Source: the human T2T-CHM13v2.0 reference genome, Homo sapiens
Reading direction: 5' to 3' (one strand)
Assembly: GCF_009914755.1 (NCBI RefSeq)
Contig: NC_060947.1
Length of the DNA: 64,000 nt
The notes beneath the pieces are model-generated. The model was not told the DNA's origin, made no database searches, and was given only the letters and a program-made list of their open reading frames with translations. Of this stretch, positions 27,291-41,590 are shown in pieces (positions within the stretch are counted from its first letter, which is position 1; each line of letters begins with the position of its first letter). The position numbers and the translations under genes are program-made.

Positions 27291-27733
27291 ACACTCTCTT
27301 CTATCAGGTTTACTACCCTGAGCAAAATGCCTCACCTCCTAGAGCCACAATTGACTTATCAGCAAATGAGGACTGTGGTGTACATCAAACCTATAAGAAC
27401 CATGGCAAATATTCATAATTAGCTTTGGTGATGAGAACAGTAATAATAATAATTATCATTTTATCATCTATGAATTAGAACAGTATTTAGTGTCCTATAA
27501 AGAGCTGTTCTCACACCAATGGAAGCCACTGAGTTGTGTTCCTTTGGGAAAACATCCGGTGAGGATTTACTGCATTAAAAGTTGAATTGCAGCTCTTCAG
27601 CTCCTTGGAGTTTGGGTGAATCATCTTTTTAAAAATTTGTATTATTTTTGCTTTTGAAGTAGAACACGGGGGGTTTTGTCTGTGATTCCCAACTCTTGTC
27701 TTCTTCTAGTTCTGAAATGAATACCACGGTGAG

Positions 27734-28111
27734 TGATATGGTTTGCCTGTGTCCCAACCCAAAATCTCATCTTTAATTGTAATCCCTATAATCCCCACAT
27801 GTCAAGAGCAGGAGCAGTTGGAGGTAAATGAATCATGGGGGGCGGTTTCCCCCATGCTGTTCTTGTGATAGTGAGTGAGTCTCATGAGATCTGATGGTTT
27901 TATAAGTGTCTGGCATTTCCCCTGCTTGCGCTCACTCCATCCTGCTGCCCTATGCAAAAGGTGCCTGTTTCTCCTTTGCTTTCCACCGTGATTGTAAGTT
28001 TCCTGAGGCCCTCCTAGCCATGCAGAACTGTGAATCAATTAAACCTCTTTCCTTTATAAATTACCCAGTCTTGGGTATTTCTTCATAGCAGTGTGAAAAT
28101 GAACCAATACA
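27734..28111 (+). mobile_element. THE1D-like solo LTR
   Basis: tgatatggtttg...aaacctctttcctttataaattacccagtct...aataca; TSD gtgag/atgag. Confidence 0.92.
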
Positions 28112-28509
28112 ATGAGTCCCAGTCTAGTTGTTTACATTCCATAACTATATAAACCAGGACAGAAGCCCAAGCATACTTGTTCAGACTGAATTTTAAAAAT
28201 CCAGCAGCCAATCTAGACTGTGAACCTCTTGTCTCTCTCTTTCACTTTCCACCTAAATCCAACCTCTAGAAACCGAGAATGTCTAAGCCACTGACCACAA
28301 ATAATAACTGATAAAGGAGCTTGAACCAAAATAACTCGAATGTCATGTCAAATGGAAGTGAGAGAGGTTGCTGAATGTTACTTGATGTGTAAATGAAAAG
28401 ACAAGATGCTCTGGGAAAAGATGTGAAAAAGAAAAGGATATTGCTTTCATACAGAAATGTGATACAAGTGTAATGATTTCCATTTAGAAAGCAATTTTTA
28501 GTAAAAAAA

Positions 28510-29655
28510 ATTTCCTCAGCTTTATGGAGGCATAATTGACAAAATTTTATATATTTAAGGTGTACCAGGGGGTATTCTGACATGTGTATATATTCTGAAA
28601 TAATTATCAAAATTAAGCTAATTAACACACCCATAATCTCACATAGTTATCTTTTTCTAGTGTATCTGTGGTGAGGATACTTAAACTCCACTGTCTTTGC
28701 AAATTTCAACTATAGAATACAATTTTATTGCCTTCAGTTACCAAGCTGTACATTAGTCCTCCAAACCGTATTTGTTCTATAACTAAAAGTTTGTCCTCTT
28801 TGACTAACATCTCTACATTTCTCCCTCTCCTCAGCCTCTGGTAACCACCATTCTACGCTCTGCTTGTATGAATTTGACTGTTTTATATTTCTTTTATTTT
28901 CATTTCTCTCTTTCTTTTTTTTTCTTTTTCTTTTTTTTTTTTTTTTTTTTTTTTTTTGAGACTAGGTCTTGCTCTGTTGCCCAGGCTGGAGTGCACTGGT
29001 GCAATCACAGCTCACTACAACCTCTGCCTCCAGCTCTCAAGTGATCCCCCCACCTCAGCCTCCCAAATAGCTTGGGACTACAGGTGTGTGCCACCATGCC
29101 AGGCTAATTTTTGTATTTGTAGTAGAGATGAGGTTTTGCTATGTCGTCCAGGCTTGTCTCAAACTCCTGGACTCAAGCGATCCACCCACCTCAGCCTCCC
29201 AAAGTGCGTGGATTACAGGCATAAGACACCATTCCCCGCTGAATTTAACTGTTTTGGATTCTGTGTTTAAGTGAGATCATGCAGTATTTGCCTGTCTGTA
29301 CCTGGCTTATTTCACTTCACTTAATGTCCTCCAGCTTCATCCATGTTGTGGCAAATGGCAGAATTTCCTTCTTTTTATGGCTGGATCATATTCCATTGAA
29401 TATGTACCCTACATTTCCCTTACCCTTTCATCTGTCCATGGACATTTGGGTTGTTTCTATATCTTGGCTACTGTGAGTAGCACTGTAATGAGCATGGAGA
29501 TGCAGATATCTCCTCCAGATAGTGCTTTTATTTCCTTTGGAAATACACCCAGAACTGGTATTTCTGGAATATATAGTAATTCTATTTTTAATTTTTTGAG
29601 TAACTTACATATCTTTTTTTATAATGGCTATACTAACCTCCATTCCAACCAACTC
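28510..29655 (-). mobile_element. L1MA-type 3' fragment, interrupted by an Alu
   Basis: ataattgacaaa, aagctaattaaca, ggtaaccaccattcta, catccatgttgtggcaaatggcagaattt. Confidence 0.85.
28885..29239 (-). mobile_element. AluJ with long T-rich tail
   Basis: TSD tgaattt(g/a)actgtttt at 28869-28884 and 29240-29255. Confidence 0.93.
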
Positions 29656-30506
29656 TACCACCACCAACACCAATACCACCTCCACCACCACCAACAACAA
29701 ACACAATTTTTAAATTACGTGAGATAAATGTAAATTGTAAACAGAGACCCTTTTAAGAAGGGAAAAGCTCCCTACCACTCCAGCTATTTCTAATTCAAAG
29801 CATTAATGACTTTTATTGCTGTTGACACATTTTATATGGACAACTTTTGTCATTAGCCAATACAAACGTGCTCAGGAGGTTGTGACTATTTTTTTCTTGA
29901 TCTTTTTGACTATTCATATTTGGCTGATGCTTCTCCTTTTAAAGAGGCCACAACATAGCTAAACAGTGAGATGGTGGACCTTTTGCAGAGGTTCTCATCC
30001 CCAGGTGGAGTCTTACTCAGACTTCAATAATCTATTCAGATGCAATTTAGCTCCATGCTTCTTTTACTTTTGCACAAACCACATGGACGTTGAGATTTCA
30101 TTGCAGGCAATGAAAATTATCCTGGCACATCTTAGGTCACAAATCTAACAACAACTGCTTTTCCAATGTCACTTCCTGAAAAGGGAGAGACAAGAAGTGT
30201 ATGTAGGCCACCTACTTTACAAATAAGCCGGAGAAGGCCCCTGGATTAGTCATAAAAAGCAAAGCCCACAAGAAATCCACCTGAAAGCTGGGTTCAGAAA
30301 AAAAATGAAATGAAAAAATACTAGAATCTACAACTATGGGCTAAGGGTGTGTTTTGGATAGAGCTGGTTAATTTCAGAAACACTGGGAGAAACCTGGAAA
30401 TACAGTCATGAATTGTTCTTGCTAAGAAAGAACAACGTAATGACACCTTTCTCTTCTATTCAACTCAAATCAGGTCAGTCAGAATGATCAATCAAGATTA
30501 CTTCTT

Positions 30507-30648
30507 GATCAGGTGTGGTGGCTCACGCCTGCAATCCCAGAACTTTGGAAGGCCCAGGCAGGAGGATCACCTAGGGCCAGGAGTTTGAGACCAGTATGGG
30601 CAACGGGGTGAGACTCCATCTCTACAAAAAAATTTAAAACAAAATAAT
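30507..30648 (+). mobile_element. FLAM_C / Alu left monomer
   Basis: Single left arm plus A-rich tail; TSD aagattacttct/aagcatacttct. Confidence 0.87.
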
Positions 30649-31130
30649 AAGCATACTTCTCCCTTGCCTTCATGAGAAGAATAACAATGTTTTTATGGGT
30701 TACAACTAGGAAACCTACTCCATTCCACAGCATCAAGATCTCTAAGTGGGATCATATGAGTTGGGGCATGAAGTGATGGACATTAGGCCAATCCCATAAG
30801 CATTATGAGGCCGCCATTGCATACTGACAGGTGTGCGGCAAATGCCACTTAACCGCATTCCAGGGCTCCATAGACATAAATATTTGTATTAAACATTGCA
30901 TCTTACTGAGCTGGCATGTCTTCTCAAATAGTTTGGACTTGATTTTGCAGGTAATGCAACATGACAAGGTAACGATCTGCCAGAAACTATAAAATCAGAT
31001 CGAAACTTGAAAGATAATGTCCTCTAAACCTGTTCAAAAAAAAATTGAAAAAAGGACATGCATCTCTTTAGATACTCATGGTACAGTGTATTAATGCTCT
31101 TGTGTTGTATTTAAAATAAAGCTAAATCTT

Positions 31131-31520
31131 ATTTCTAAATTGCTTAGATTTATGAATATATGTATATATGCATACACACATAAAGAGAAAGAAAGAAAGA
31201 AAAAAGAAGAATTTCTAAATTGCACACAAACACACACATAGGTGTATGATACATGTATATATAGAGAAAGGAAGAATGAAAGAAAGGAAGGGAGGGAGAG
31301 AAGAAAGATGGAGGAAGGAGGGGAGAGAAAAAAGAAGCAAGGAGAGAGGGAAGGAAGGAAGAGAAGGAAGGGGGAAGGAAGGAAGGAAGGGAGGAAGGAA
31401 GGAACGGAGGAAGGAAGGAAAGAAGGAACGAAGGAAAAGAGAAATAAGGAAACATTTCTAAACTGTACACATACACATATATAATATATACACACATATG
31501 TATGTATATGTGGATTGATA
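31131..31520. repeat. Compound (TA/CA) and (GAA/GGAA) low-complexity region
   Basis: Read directly; three copies of atttctaaa(t/c)tg punctuate it. Confidence 0.85.
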
Positions 31521-31654
31521 TGTAGATAGGCTAGATTGGACACCTATATTATATATAACTAATGTTGGCTGTATTAGGTGTCCCAGTTGTACCCCCAAAG
31601 AGCATTCACTATTTCTAGCACAAAGAGGGGGTAGCAAAAGAAATATATATATAT

Positions 31655-31734
31655 ATATGTTTGGTACAAAAGCAATTGCACATTTGCCATTAAAAGTAAT
31701 GGCAAAAACCATAATTGCTTTTGCACCAACCTGA
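31655..31734. mobile_element. MADE1 (Hsmar1-derived MITE)
   Basis: 80-bp palindrome ttggtacaaaagcaattgc...ttgccattaaaagtaatggcaa...aattgcttttgcaccaacc flanked by TA. Confidence 0.92.
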
Positions 31735-32918
31735 TACATACACATACACATGCACACATACAGCATACATATGTATATATAATGTATATATGTATGTAAT
31801 ATGTAAATATATATTGTAATAAATGTATAGAACATTATTTAGGGATAGATACATGTATGAGAAATGTATAACACAATATAATCTATAAAAACAGAATTGG
31901 GAGATGCGTTTTTCTCCATTTTTAGAAGAGTTTGAAATATATTAAATGTGATATAAGTTGTTATTAAAACTGTAGAGCATATAACAAAAATATTGCTTAT
32001 GGACACTAAAACCAGTATTTATTCAATAGAATCTTACTGACAAAAAAAAGCAAAATAAAACAAACACTATCTTTCAAGTACTTTTAAAATTCTACATAGA
32101 AAATTTTAATTCCAGTGTTTTGAAATAAATACTGCATATCTCAGGGATATCAAAACAGGAAACTGGCTTTATAGAGTGAATTACAAATGTTCCAATAAAA
32201 AGAATCACAGCTAACCCTGCTGCCATCAGAAAACTACACACTGAAATGGGAACCATCCTGGATTATGTAATAAAAAATAAGAATAATTCCCGGCTGCTCT
32301 AATGTTCAACTTTCCTGTCGCACAGCACCTCCGATCACTTCTACTCCATCTCAATTTATTCCAGGTAAAATGACACTAAAGCTATCAATGAGAAAGCAAG
32401 GAAATATATTTAGACCTACCCGTGTGAAGAGAAACAAATATCTAAACAGTTTTTTCATGGACACACCACAATTTGGAAATTTTAGATTTGTTGGTATTGC
32501 TGTCTTGGCTTTGCAAGACATTTAAGAGTCAGCATAAGGGGCTGAAATACACATAGCCTAGCAATTGCATTAAAGTGTGTTTGTTAGCCTTGTTGTCTGC
32601 ATGAAATGAGAAGGCAGACAGGTAAGCAGCAAGACAAATGGACACAAGAAATAAGAAAGTATACACTGCATACCTTCAAATGCTAAGTCATCTAGGAATG
32701 GCTTATTTTCTAGAAGTTGCTAACAAACCAAACGTAGTTGGTAGAAATATGCCACCACTCAGTTTCTGGGGAAAGAAAAAAGCTAAATGTATTGCTTGCT
32801 AAGCCAGAAGGAGCTCCGATTATAGGTTGTGATGTCTCTGAAGCAGGCCAGCCACTGCTATTATCTTATATTTGGGTACTGTAAAGTTCGGTCAGTCCTG
32901 GTACACTTTCAAAACAGA

Positions 32919-33039
32919 TTTTTTTTTTTTTTTTTAAGAGACAGCTTCTTGCTATATTGCCCACACTGGCCTGAAACTCATGGGCTCAAATGATCCTCTA
33001 ACCTCAGCTGGGACTACGGGGGCATGCCACCAAACCTGG
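32919..33039 (-). mobile_element. FLAM_A-like Alu monomer
   Basis: T tail, then cttgctatattgccca...gggctcaaatgatcctc...gctgggactac. Confidence 0.75.
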
Positions 33040-33878
33040 AGAAAATGGAATTTTATGGGGCACTTTGTCCTAATGCAGAAACCCGGTTTCTGGTGTGAGC
33101 TGGCTGCTGATGGGTTTTCTTTGGGAAGCACCGAGCTTCATGGCTGAGTGGCTTTCGGAAGCATTGCTCCTGACCCAAGGTTGATTGAAAGATTGTGTCA
33201 CTTTTGAATCTAGTTTTGGGGTTTCATACAACTACAGGTAGAACATAAACAGTCTTTTTATTCCCTTGAATTTGGAGCCTTCAGCGTTTTTATTCTCAGA
33301 AATTTCCAGGGTATGGCAGTATACACTCTCAATCATCTTCCTCCATTATTCCTGTCTCTTCTTGAGTTCATAAATCTGTAATCTCTTCAATTGCCTAGCT
33401 ACCTTCCATTTGACCCCCACACCTCAGTCTAACCTGTACGGTTCTGCTTTCAGATCTTCTCAAACCAGAACTTCCCCTTAGTACCAAGAATTTCCAGTGG
33501 CCCCGTGGCCCCATGCAGCAAACTGAAAATTTAAAGGGCACAAAACCATCTTTATACAAAAAACACGGAAATCTAGTAACTGAAAAGTAGTGCAGTTGAG
33601 GCATCTGAAGCTCATAAATAACCTACTCCTAGAAAAAGTTTTGGTGAAAATTCAAAGATTATTTTTAGGTTAAGGTTTTTATGGTGGTGTTAGATGTGAA
33701 CTTTAATGAGCATGTTCATGTCCAAAAAACAAACAAACCAACAAAATACACATTGTCCTTCATGGATACCTTTTCTGACCTCAATTCTTATGATAAAAGT
33801 GGATAAAATCAATATGTTGAGATACAACTACTATTAAGAGGTGAAGAAAATTACATTTTTTTTTTTAAAGAAACACTT

Positions 33879-35192
<1,314 letters not shown>

Positions 35193-35389
35193 ACACATAT
35201 TTGTTCCTTAGAAGGAAAGATTAACAAATGTTTATGTTTATAATCTATGTGTATTTGAGATCATCTAAACCTATATGTATGTTTATAATCTATATATGTG
35301 TGTTCATGTTTATAATCTGTGGCATCTTGTGGTTTTCTATTTATAAATGACAAGAAATCAATCCCTCAGGTTTTCCCTGACGCCTGTGC

Positions 35390-35800
35390 CAATTTTCCTT
35401 TTTAGTTAATGTCCCATGGTCTTTGTTAGGCTGTAGCCAGGAGGAGAACAGACTATATTTTCCAGTCACTCTTGGCGTTGGGTGTGCCTCTGTGACCGCA
35501 TCTGGCCAACTGAGGTAAGCGTGAGCTGTCTGAGAGATTTCCAGAAATCTTCCTTGGATCAGAGGTCTGCTCTTTTCACTGGCCCCTCCTTTCCTAATCG
35601 AAGCTTAAGGATCTATCCTAAACCAGGAAATGACTTTGGAGATGGAGCAAAGCAGAAAAGTCTTTGATTGAGGCAAGTACGTACCTCCAGGCAGTGTGAA
35701 GATGACAGATATACCCTGTCTTGTTCAAGCCACTTGATAATGTGCGTTTTTCTGTTTTCTCTTTTTTTCTACCAAGTCCACATTCTAGGCAATCCAAATC
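35390..35800 (+). mobile_element. Old MLT1 (I/J/K-type) LTR fragment
   Basis: gactatattttccag...tgtgacc...tctggccaa; ttgttcaagccact. Confidence 0.45.
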
Positions 35801-36840
35801 TACTTTAAAATATGGTTTACACCTTAAAATGGTACAGTGTATTCTCCCGTGTATTACTTTTACAAAGCAATTTACTATAGGCTCCGTTTCTATAGTTACA
35901 GTTTAATTAAAAATAGTTTGATAATAAGAATCGTATTTTTCAGTGTGTGTAAGACATCCACATTGCATGATATAATAAACATAATGCATGTGTGTTTCCA
36001 GACAAGCATCTCTAAATTTTCCTGGAATTGCAATGTTTCATTATGGGAGATACTTTGAAAGAATACTGCAGTCGATACATGTTCTATTTTCAAAGTCAAA
36101 ATTCTAATTACGTGTATACTTTGTAACTTCTTCTTTCTGTAAATGATACTAGCTATGTCAACTCTTCAAATATTTGGGTAAGACAAGTAGGTAAATATTT
36201 GGAATTTCATACTAGTGTAGAATGAGGTAGGCACAATGAGTTTTTTTCTTTTTTAATAAAAATGTGCTATTGTTGCAATGCTAATCTACTGTACAGAAAA
36301 ACATGGTTTTCTTACATATGCAAAATTGCCATTTTTTTGTCTGTGTGTTTAAACAATTTTAGTTATCAGTATAGATTGGCTTCATATAAATGACAAGTTA
36401 AAATAGTGGGATGTATTTAAGGTGTCTCAACAGTTTGAGGGAAGCTCAAAATGTTTATGGCTCTGTCTGAAGCCCATTGGTGGGCACAAAAATAATGACC
36501 AACTTTACAAAAGCCCTGTTCCTGCTGAGGATGCAATAGCCAGGGTGCAAGGGAACAAAGCAATGTATAGTATCTGCGTGGCTGAAGAGAGAAGGTGACG
36601 CTGAACCAGGTCTGGCAGAATGAGTCTGCATTTGCCTGGCATCGAACTTCTTCAGCCAACCCTTTCTCTTCAGCCTGCTTCTCCCCTAGTCCAAATCTTC
36701 CTACCCTTGGGCTTTAATTCTTCCTGCTCTTCCTTCTCCAGTGATTCTTCTTCAATCTTTCATGTTCATCTTTGTGAGATAAGTTTTTATAAGAAAGCAA
36801 ATACCTAGGGACACTCTCCTAGTCAGTAATCTATACAATT

Positions 36841-36862
36841 TCTCTCTCTCGTTTTCTCTCTC

Positions 36863-36914
<52 letters not shown>

Positions 36915-37235
36915 TACACACACACATAATACATATACATCATACTTGCATATGTATACATGTATATAAGATATATATGTATATGTTTACATATATGTAT
37001 ACACATATACACACATGATTTAAAAGTTTAATATACTTTAATATACATATATGTGCATACATACACATACATACACATGTGTGTATATACACATACACAC
37101 ATATATACCTATACACACACATATACAATTATACATATACACGCATATATACATAGTGAGGAAAGTATCTCCAGGCAGTGTGGATATGCATACATATATG
37201 CATATGTATGTGCATATATGCGTATATTCATATAT
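36841..37235. repeat. (CT)n-(TA)n-(CA)n compound microsatellite and TA/CA low complexity
   Basis: Read directly. Confidence 0.93.
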
Positions 37236-38114
37236 CAGAAGATTTTGGCAGTATAATTATGTTTCTACAGAGAAATTAGGGATGACAGAAAGCTAAAAAA
37301 AATTGTAAACCTTAAATGATGCAATTTTTACTCTGGAGGAAAAAAAAGTATGAAAAAAGGAAACACATTTAGTCCAGGATATGATCTTTGTAATAGTGTG
37401 TGTATACTGTGTAGATATAGATATAGCTGCAGAGCATATAATAAACTCATTGGCAGGTTATTTGAATTCCGACACGTCCAAACATCTTTCCAGATTCAAA
37501 CATCCTTCCAGCTTGCTCCTCCACTGCCATTTTTCCTCACTGACTCCACTCAATCATTCTTATTTCCACCTCTGCTTTTTGTTCACTAAGGATGAGGGGT
37601 GGACATCCCCGGAAAAGGGAAGGGAATGAAGGTATGTAGGTATCACAAAGTGGATGGTTAGTGCATATTCATGGAGTGAAGTCATGTGCTAATTGATTCA
37701 TTATGCAAGTAATTGCTGGCAAATACACCATTGTAGCTCATGTCCACACCACCTTGAAGTATAACAAAGAGACGCAACATAATGAGTGTGTTTCGTGTAT
37801 CCAGCTCAACATAGAGAATTGAAAACACTGTTCTTTCCCATAAACTCACTAAAAGGACAAAATAAAAGTCTAAATAAGAGGCAATAATTCAAAGGAATTA
37901 AATAAGAGAGCAGACAACAACATACTTCAATGAAACATTGCAAGCTAGAAAGCAGATGGGCGAATCTCAATTTATCCTCATCAGAGAAACTTGGAAGTAC
38001 TCAGGGTCAAGGGAGTAAACTAGGAAGTAGGCCAGCCCTTGGCCCACACAAAGGCCTCTGAAAGCGAGGTCTCAGATATGGTTAAAAGCAAGCCTTTCTC
38101 TGTCTCCCTTTTTA

Positions 38115-38330
38115 CCTTTTTTAAAATTTGTGCAAGTGTATAAGGTACATGAGAAAATTTGTTACATGTATATAATATGCAGTATTGCAGGTGTCTGTCA
38201 CCCAAGTACAATACATGTTTAAGTAAAGTCATCTTACTCTGCTACAAAACACTGAATTTATTGGTTTTATTTTACTGTGTGTGTTTGCACTTTTTAACTC
38301 ACTCCTCTTCATCCTCCCTGCCCCATCCCC
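38115..38330 (-). mobile_element. L1MA 3'UTR fragment
   Basis: ggtacatgagaaaatttgttacatgtatataat, tgtcacccaag, tcatcttactctgcta. Confidence 0.65.
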
Positions 38331-38836
38331 TAAAGCAGGACTTCTCTGGAAGATTGAATATCTCCGTCCCACATAGCTAAATAATTGCTCCTGACTTGAC
38401 CTGAGAGTTGATCTGCAGAGATGAATTATCTCTCGAGGGCAGAGGGGGCATTCTTCCAGACGTTAGTGACAGCTCGAGGGCAGGGGTAGAGTTAAACAGA
38501 ATATGGAAAGTAAGTAAAAGTCTACACACAGAATGTTGAGAAACTCATGCAACTTCCCACAGTAGATTCTAAAAATGCCAACAGCAGGGAGGAAAACAGT
38601 TCTCTCTAGGAAAACTGAGAAGTCAAGAAAAAAGAGTCAGATACTGATATTTACATGTCTCCATTTAAATCATAGGTTGCCAATTTAAGTGTGAGTCCCA
38701 TAAGTTGACAAAACCTATCTAATTGCAGATTTAGTGCCTCTGTTTCAAATATCAGGAGCAATTGAGGTTCACCCAAAATGCTAGCAGGTCCTACATCTAA
38801 CAAAGAATAGAGAGACAAGAAAGGAGACCTTTAGAT

Positions 38837-39150
38837 CAGCATTTCTTTAAGTCTGGTCTGGAAACATTTGGAAGTCCATGAAATAAGAACTACATTCATA
38901 ATAATAACAGGTCTTAATTAACTATTTCCTTTGTTTTTGAGAGTTTACAATTATGTTTTGCTCAAGTTACACAGCTTGAGATCTCACAACAAACTCAGTC
39001 CAGAAGTAGATATGCGACCTAAGCTCTGTTTCAGTAAGCTAGGCATTAAAGACATCTACTAGAATGTAAAATAATGCCACTGTTTTTCCTTTTCGGGTGG
39101 AAAACATAGCTACTTACAAAAATTATGCCATTTTTGTAACAGATACTGGG
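38837..39150. mobile_element. hAT-Charlie DNA transposon fragment
   Basis: cagcatttctttaagtctggtc start; cataataata; cattaaagac...aatgtaaaataatgccact. Confidence 0.5.
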
Positions 39151-39362
39151 TTTTTGCAGATGCTAGGAGGCCTTCTAAGACACGTTTTGCAACCTGTAAT
39201 GTGCCATTCTCAGTACAGGTCAATAGGTTAATACTATGGGTGGATGCAAGTTATAGGGTATCCTAGACTCAAGCAGAGGGGGAGGAAACTACAACAAAAT
39301 TAGAAAAGCAACAAACAGTTCAGGCCCAACTTTAATCCACTACATGTTATGAAGTATGATTC

Positions 39363-39723
39363 TGTATCAGTCTGTTCTCACACTGCTAATAAAGACATAG
39401 CTGAGACTGGGTAATTTATAAAGGAAAGAGGTTTAATGTACTCACAGTTCCACATGGCTGGGGAGGCCTTACAATCATGGCAGAAGGCGAGTGAGAAGCA
39501 AAGTCACATCTTACTTGGTGGCAGGCAAGAGGGTATGTGCAGGGGAACTCCCCTTTATAAAACCATCAGATCTCGTGATACTTATTCACTATCACGAGAA
39601 CAGCAAGGGGAAAACCCACCTCCATGATTCAATTACCTCCCACCAGGTCCCTCCAATGACATGTGGGGATTATTACAATTCAAGGTGAGATTTGGGTGGG
39701 GGACACAGACCCAAACCATATCA
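39363..39723 (-). mobile_element. THE1 (B/C) solo LTR
   Basis: tgtatcagtc...aaaccatatca; TSD gattc/cattc. Confidence 0.93.
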
Positions 39724-40614
39724 CATTCAGTGGTTGGAAAAAGCAAATGCATTCACCTGTGGAAAATTTGGCAAGGTGTATTAAAATGCAGATAATTTTT
39801 ATCCTCTGTCCCACTTATATAAAATATACATCACTGTGTGTGTGTATGCAAGTGTGCATACATATATGTATTTGAATGCACAAACGGGAAAAAAACACAC
39901 AAAATTTTCATAGTAGTTATGTCTGGGTAGGGGGAGGTGGGCATGGGGTCACTTGCCATTTCACTGTATTTATCTTCTATCATACTTGAAACTTGAATTT
40001 GTAATTCAAAGTGAATGGATTAAATGATGACTTGTCTAATGCTTTAGTAAAAATGTGCCATGTACTCCCAAATAGCTTATAGATAATGCCAAATACTAGA
40101 CATTAGTTTCCAATGCTGCCACCATCGGATGTAAAACGTTGTCGGTTGAGCTGAAAAGAAGGAAGCCGCTCACTTACCTCCTTCTGCAGTCTGGTGGGAG
40201 CAGAGGAACTGGCACCCAAATCCATATCGGTTGGACATGGTTCAATCGTATGCCACAGAAACAGAACTAAATCTAGGGAGGGTAGTGGGTGAGGAACAGC
40301 ATCTAAAAAAGGGATTCATTTCCCACACATGAAAGGAATGTTGAACAAATCCATCTTGTGATGCTCACCAAGGTGTTAGCCAAACCTAGAGGAGACAGAA
40401 CTTCCACTCGTATTGCCAAATGTCTGTTTGTTGGGAAAATGCTTCTCATCTGTTATAAGTGTTAAACCATTCTGAAGATATCTGGGAAACCAAATCAGTA
40501 ATTTAAAAATTCCTTGTAAAGTTGGAATGAAAATAAAGGGAGAGGTACCTACTGCCTCATCTATTTGTCTCATGGATGCTTTCACTGGATCCATGACAGA
40601 GGAAGCTTTTTTAC

Positions 40615-40865
40615 TACTGGAGTCCCCATCTCCAAGGACAACAATGCCTTCTTTGGGAATAACCCTGGAAGGACCTGCCTGAGGCTATTTTACACTTAAT
40701 TTTTTTAATAAGTAAAGGAGTACACTCTAAAATAGCAACAAAAAGTGTAGCACTGCAAATATTAGATGATAGAAATTTTTCAGCTCCAAGATTGTCTTAT
40801 GGGACTATCATTATAAATCTGGTCCATTGTTGACTGAAATGTCATCCTTATGCAGTACATGACTG
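40615..40865. mobile_element. Tigger3 (Golem/MER7) fragment
   Basis: gaaggacctgcctgaggct, aggagtacactctaaaata, ttttcagctcca...cttatggga; ends catgactg followed by ta. Confidence 0.75.
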
Positions 40866-41079
40866 TATATGTAGATATAGATATAACTACATATAGATAT
40901 AAATGTAGATAATTTTTATCCTATATCCCACTTATATAAAATATACATGAATATGCATATATGCATCTGTGCATGCATGTATGTATTTGAGCGCCAAAAT
41001 GGGAAAAACACACAAAATTGTAATAGTGGTTATCTCTCGGGATGGGGAGGTGGCTATACAGTCACCATTCCATGCTATT

Positions 41080-41527
41080 TTCTATCTGTATATCTATATT
41101 ATATCTATATATACTAAATATATATATACAGACACATTGAATGTGTATCTATATCTATGTCTACTACATGTGTATACTATATATACTTTTGTGTACTATA
41201 TATACTACATGTGTGTACTATATATACTTATATACACATAAGTATGTGTATCTATATCTACATGTAGATAAAGATATAGTATATACATGTTTATATATAC
41301 TTATGTGTATTTATATTCATATCTATCATCTTTCTACCTACCATCTGTCTATCATGCTATTTGTCATTTATCATCTATCTACCATCTCTCTGCCCATCTA
41401 TGTACCCATCCATCAATCTACCTATCATATATCTATATATCTGTCTCAAATATCTATTCATCTATCTATCCTTATATCTTTTCATCTAGTTGTCTGTCTC
41501 ATCCATCTATCTATCTCATTTATCTAC

Positions 41528-41571
<44 letters not shown>

Positions 41572-41590
41572 ATCTATCTGTCTGTCTATC
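41080..41590. repeat. TA-rich low complexity ending in a (TCTA)n STR (~41533-41580)
   Basis: Read directly. Confidence 0.92.

Noticed and set aside
31539-31582. 9-bp inverted repeat ggacaccta / taggtgtcc
   Set aside because: Short enough to occur by chance in 64 kb, with no supporting TSD or internal structure.
32320-32340. REST/RE1 site (cagcacc...)
   Set aside because: Only the left half-site is present; there is no GGACAG half.
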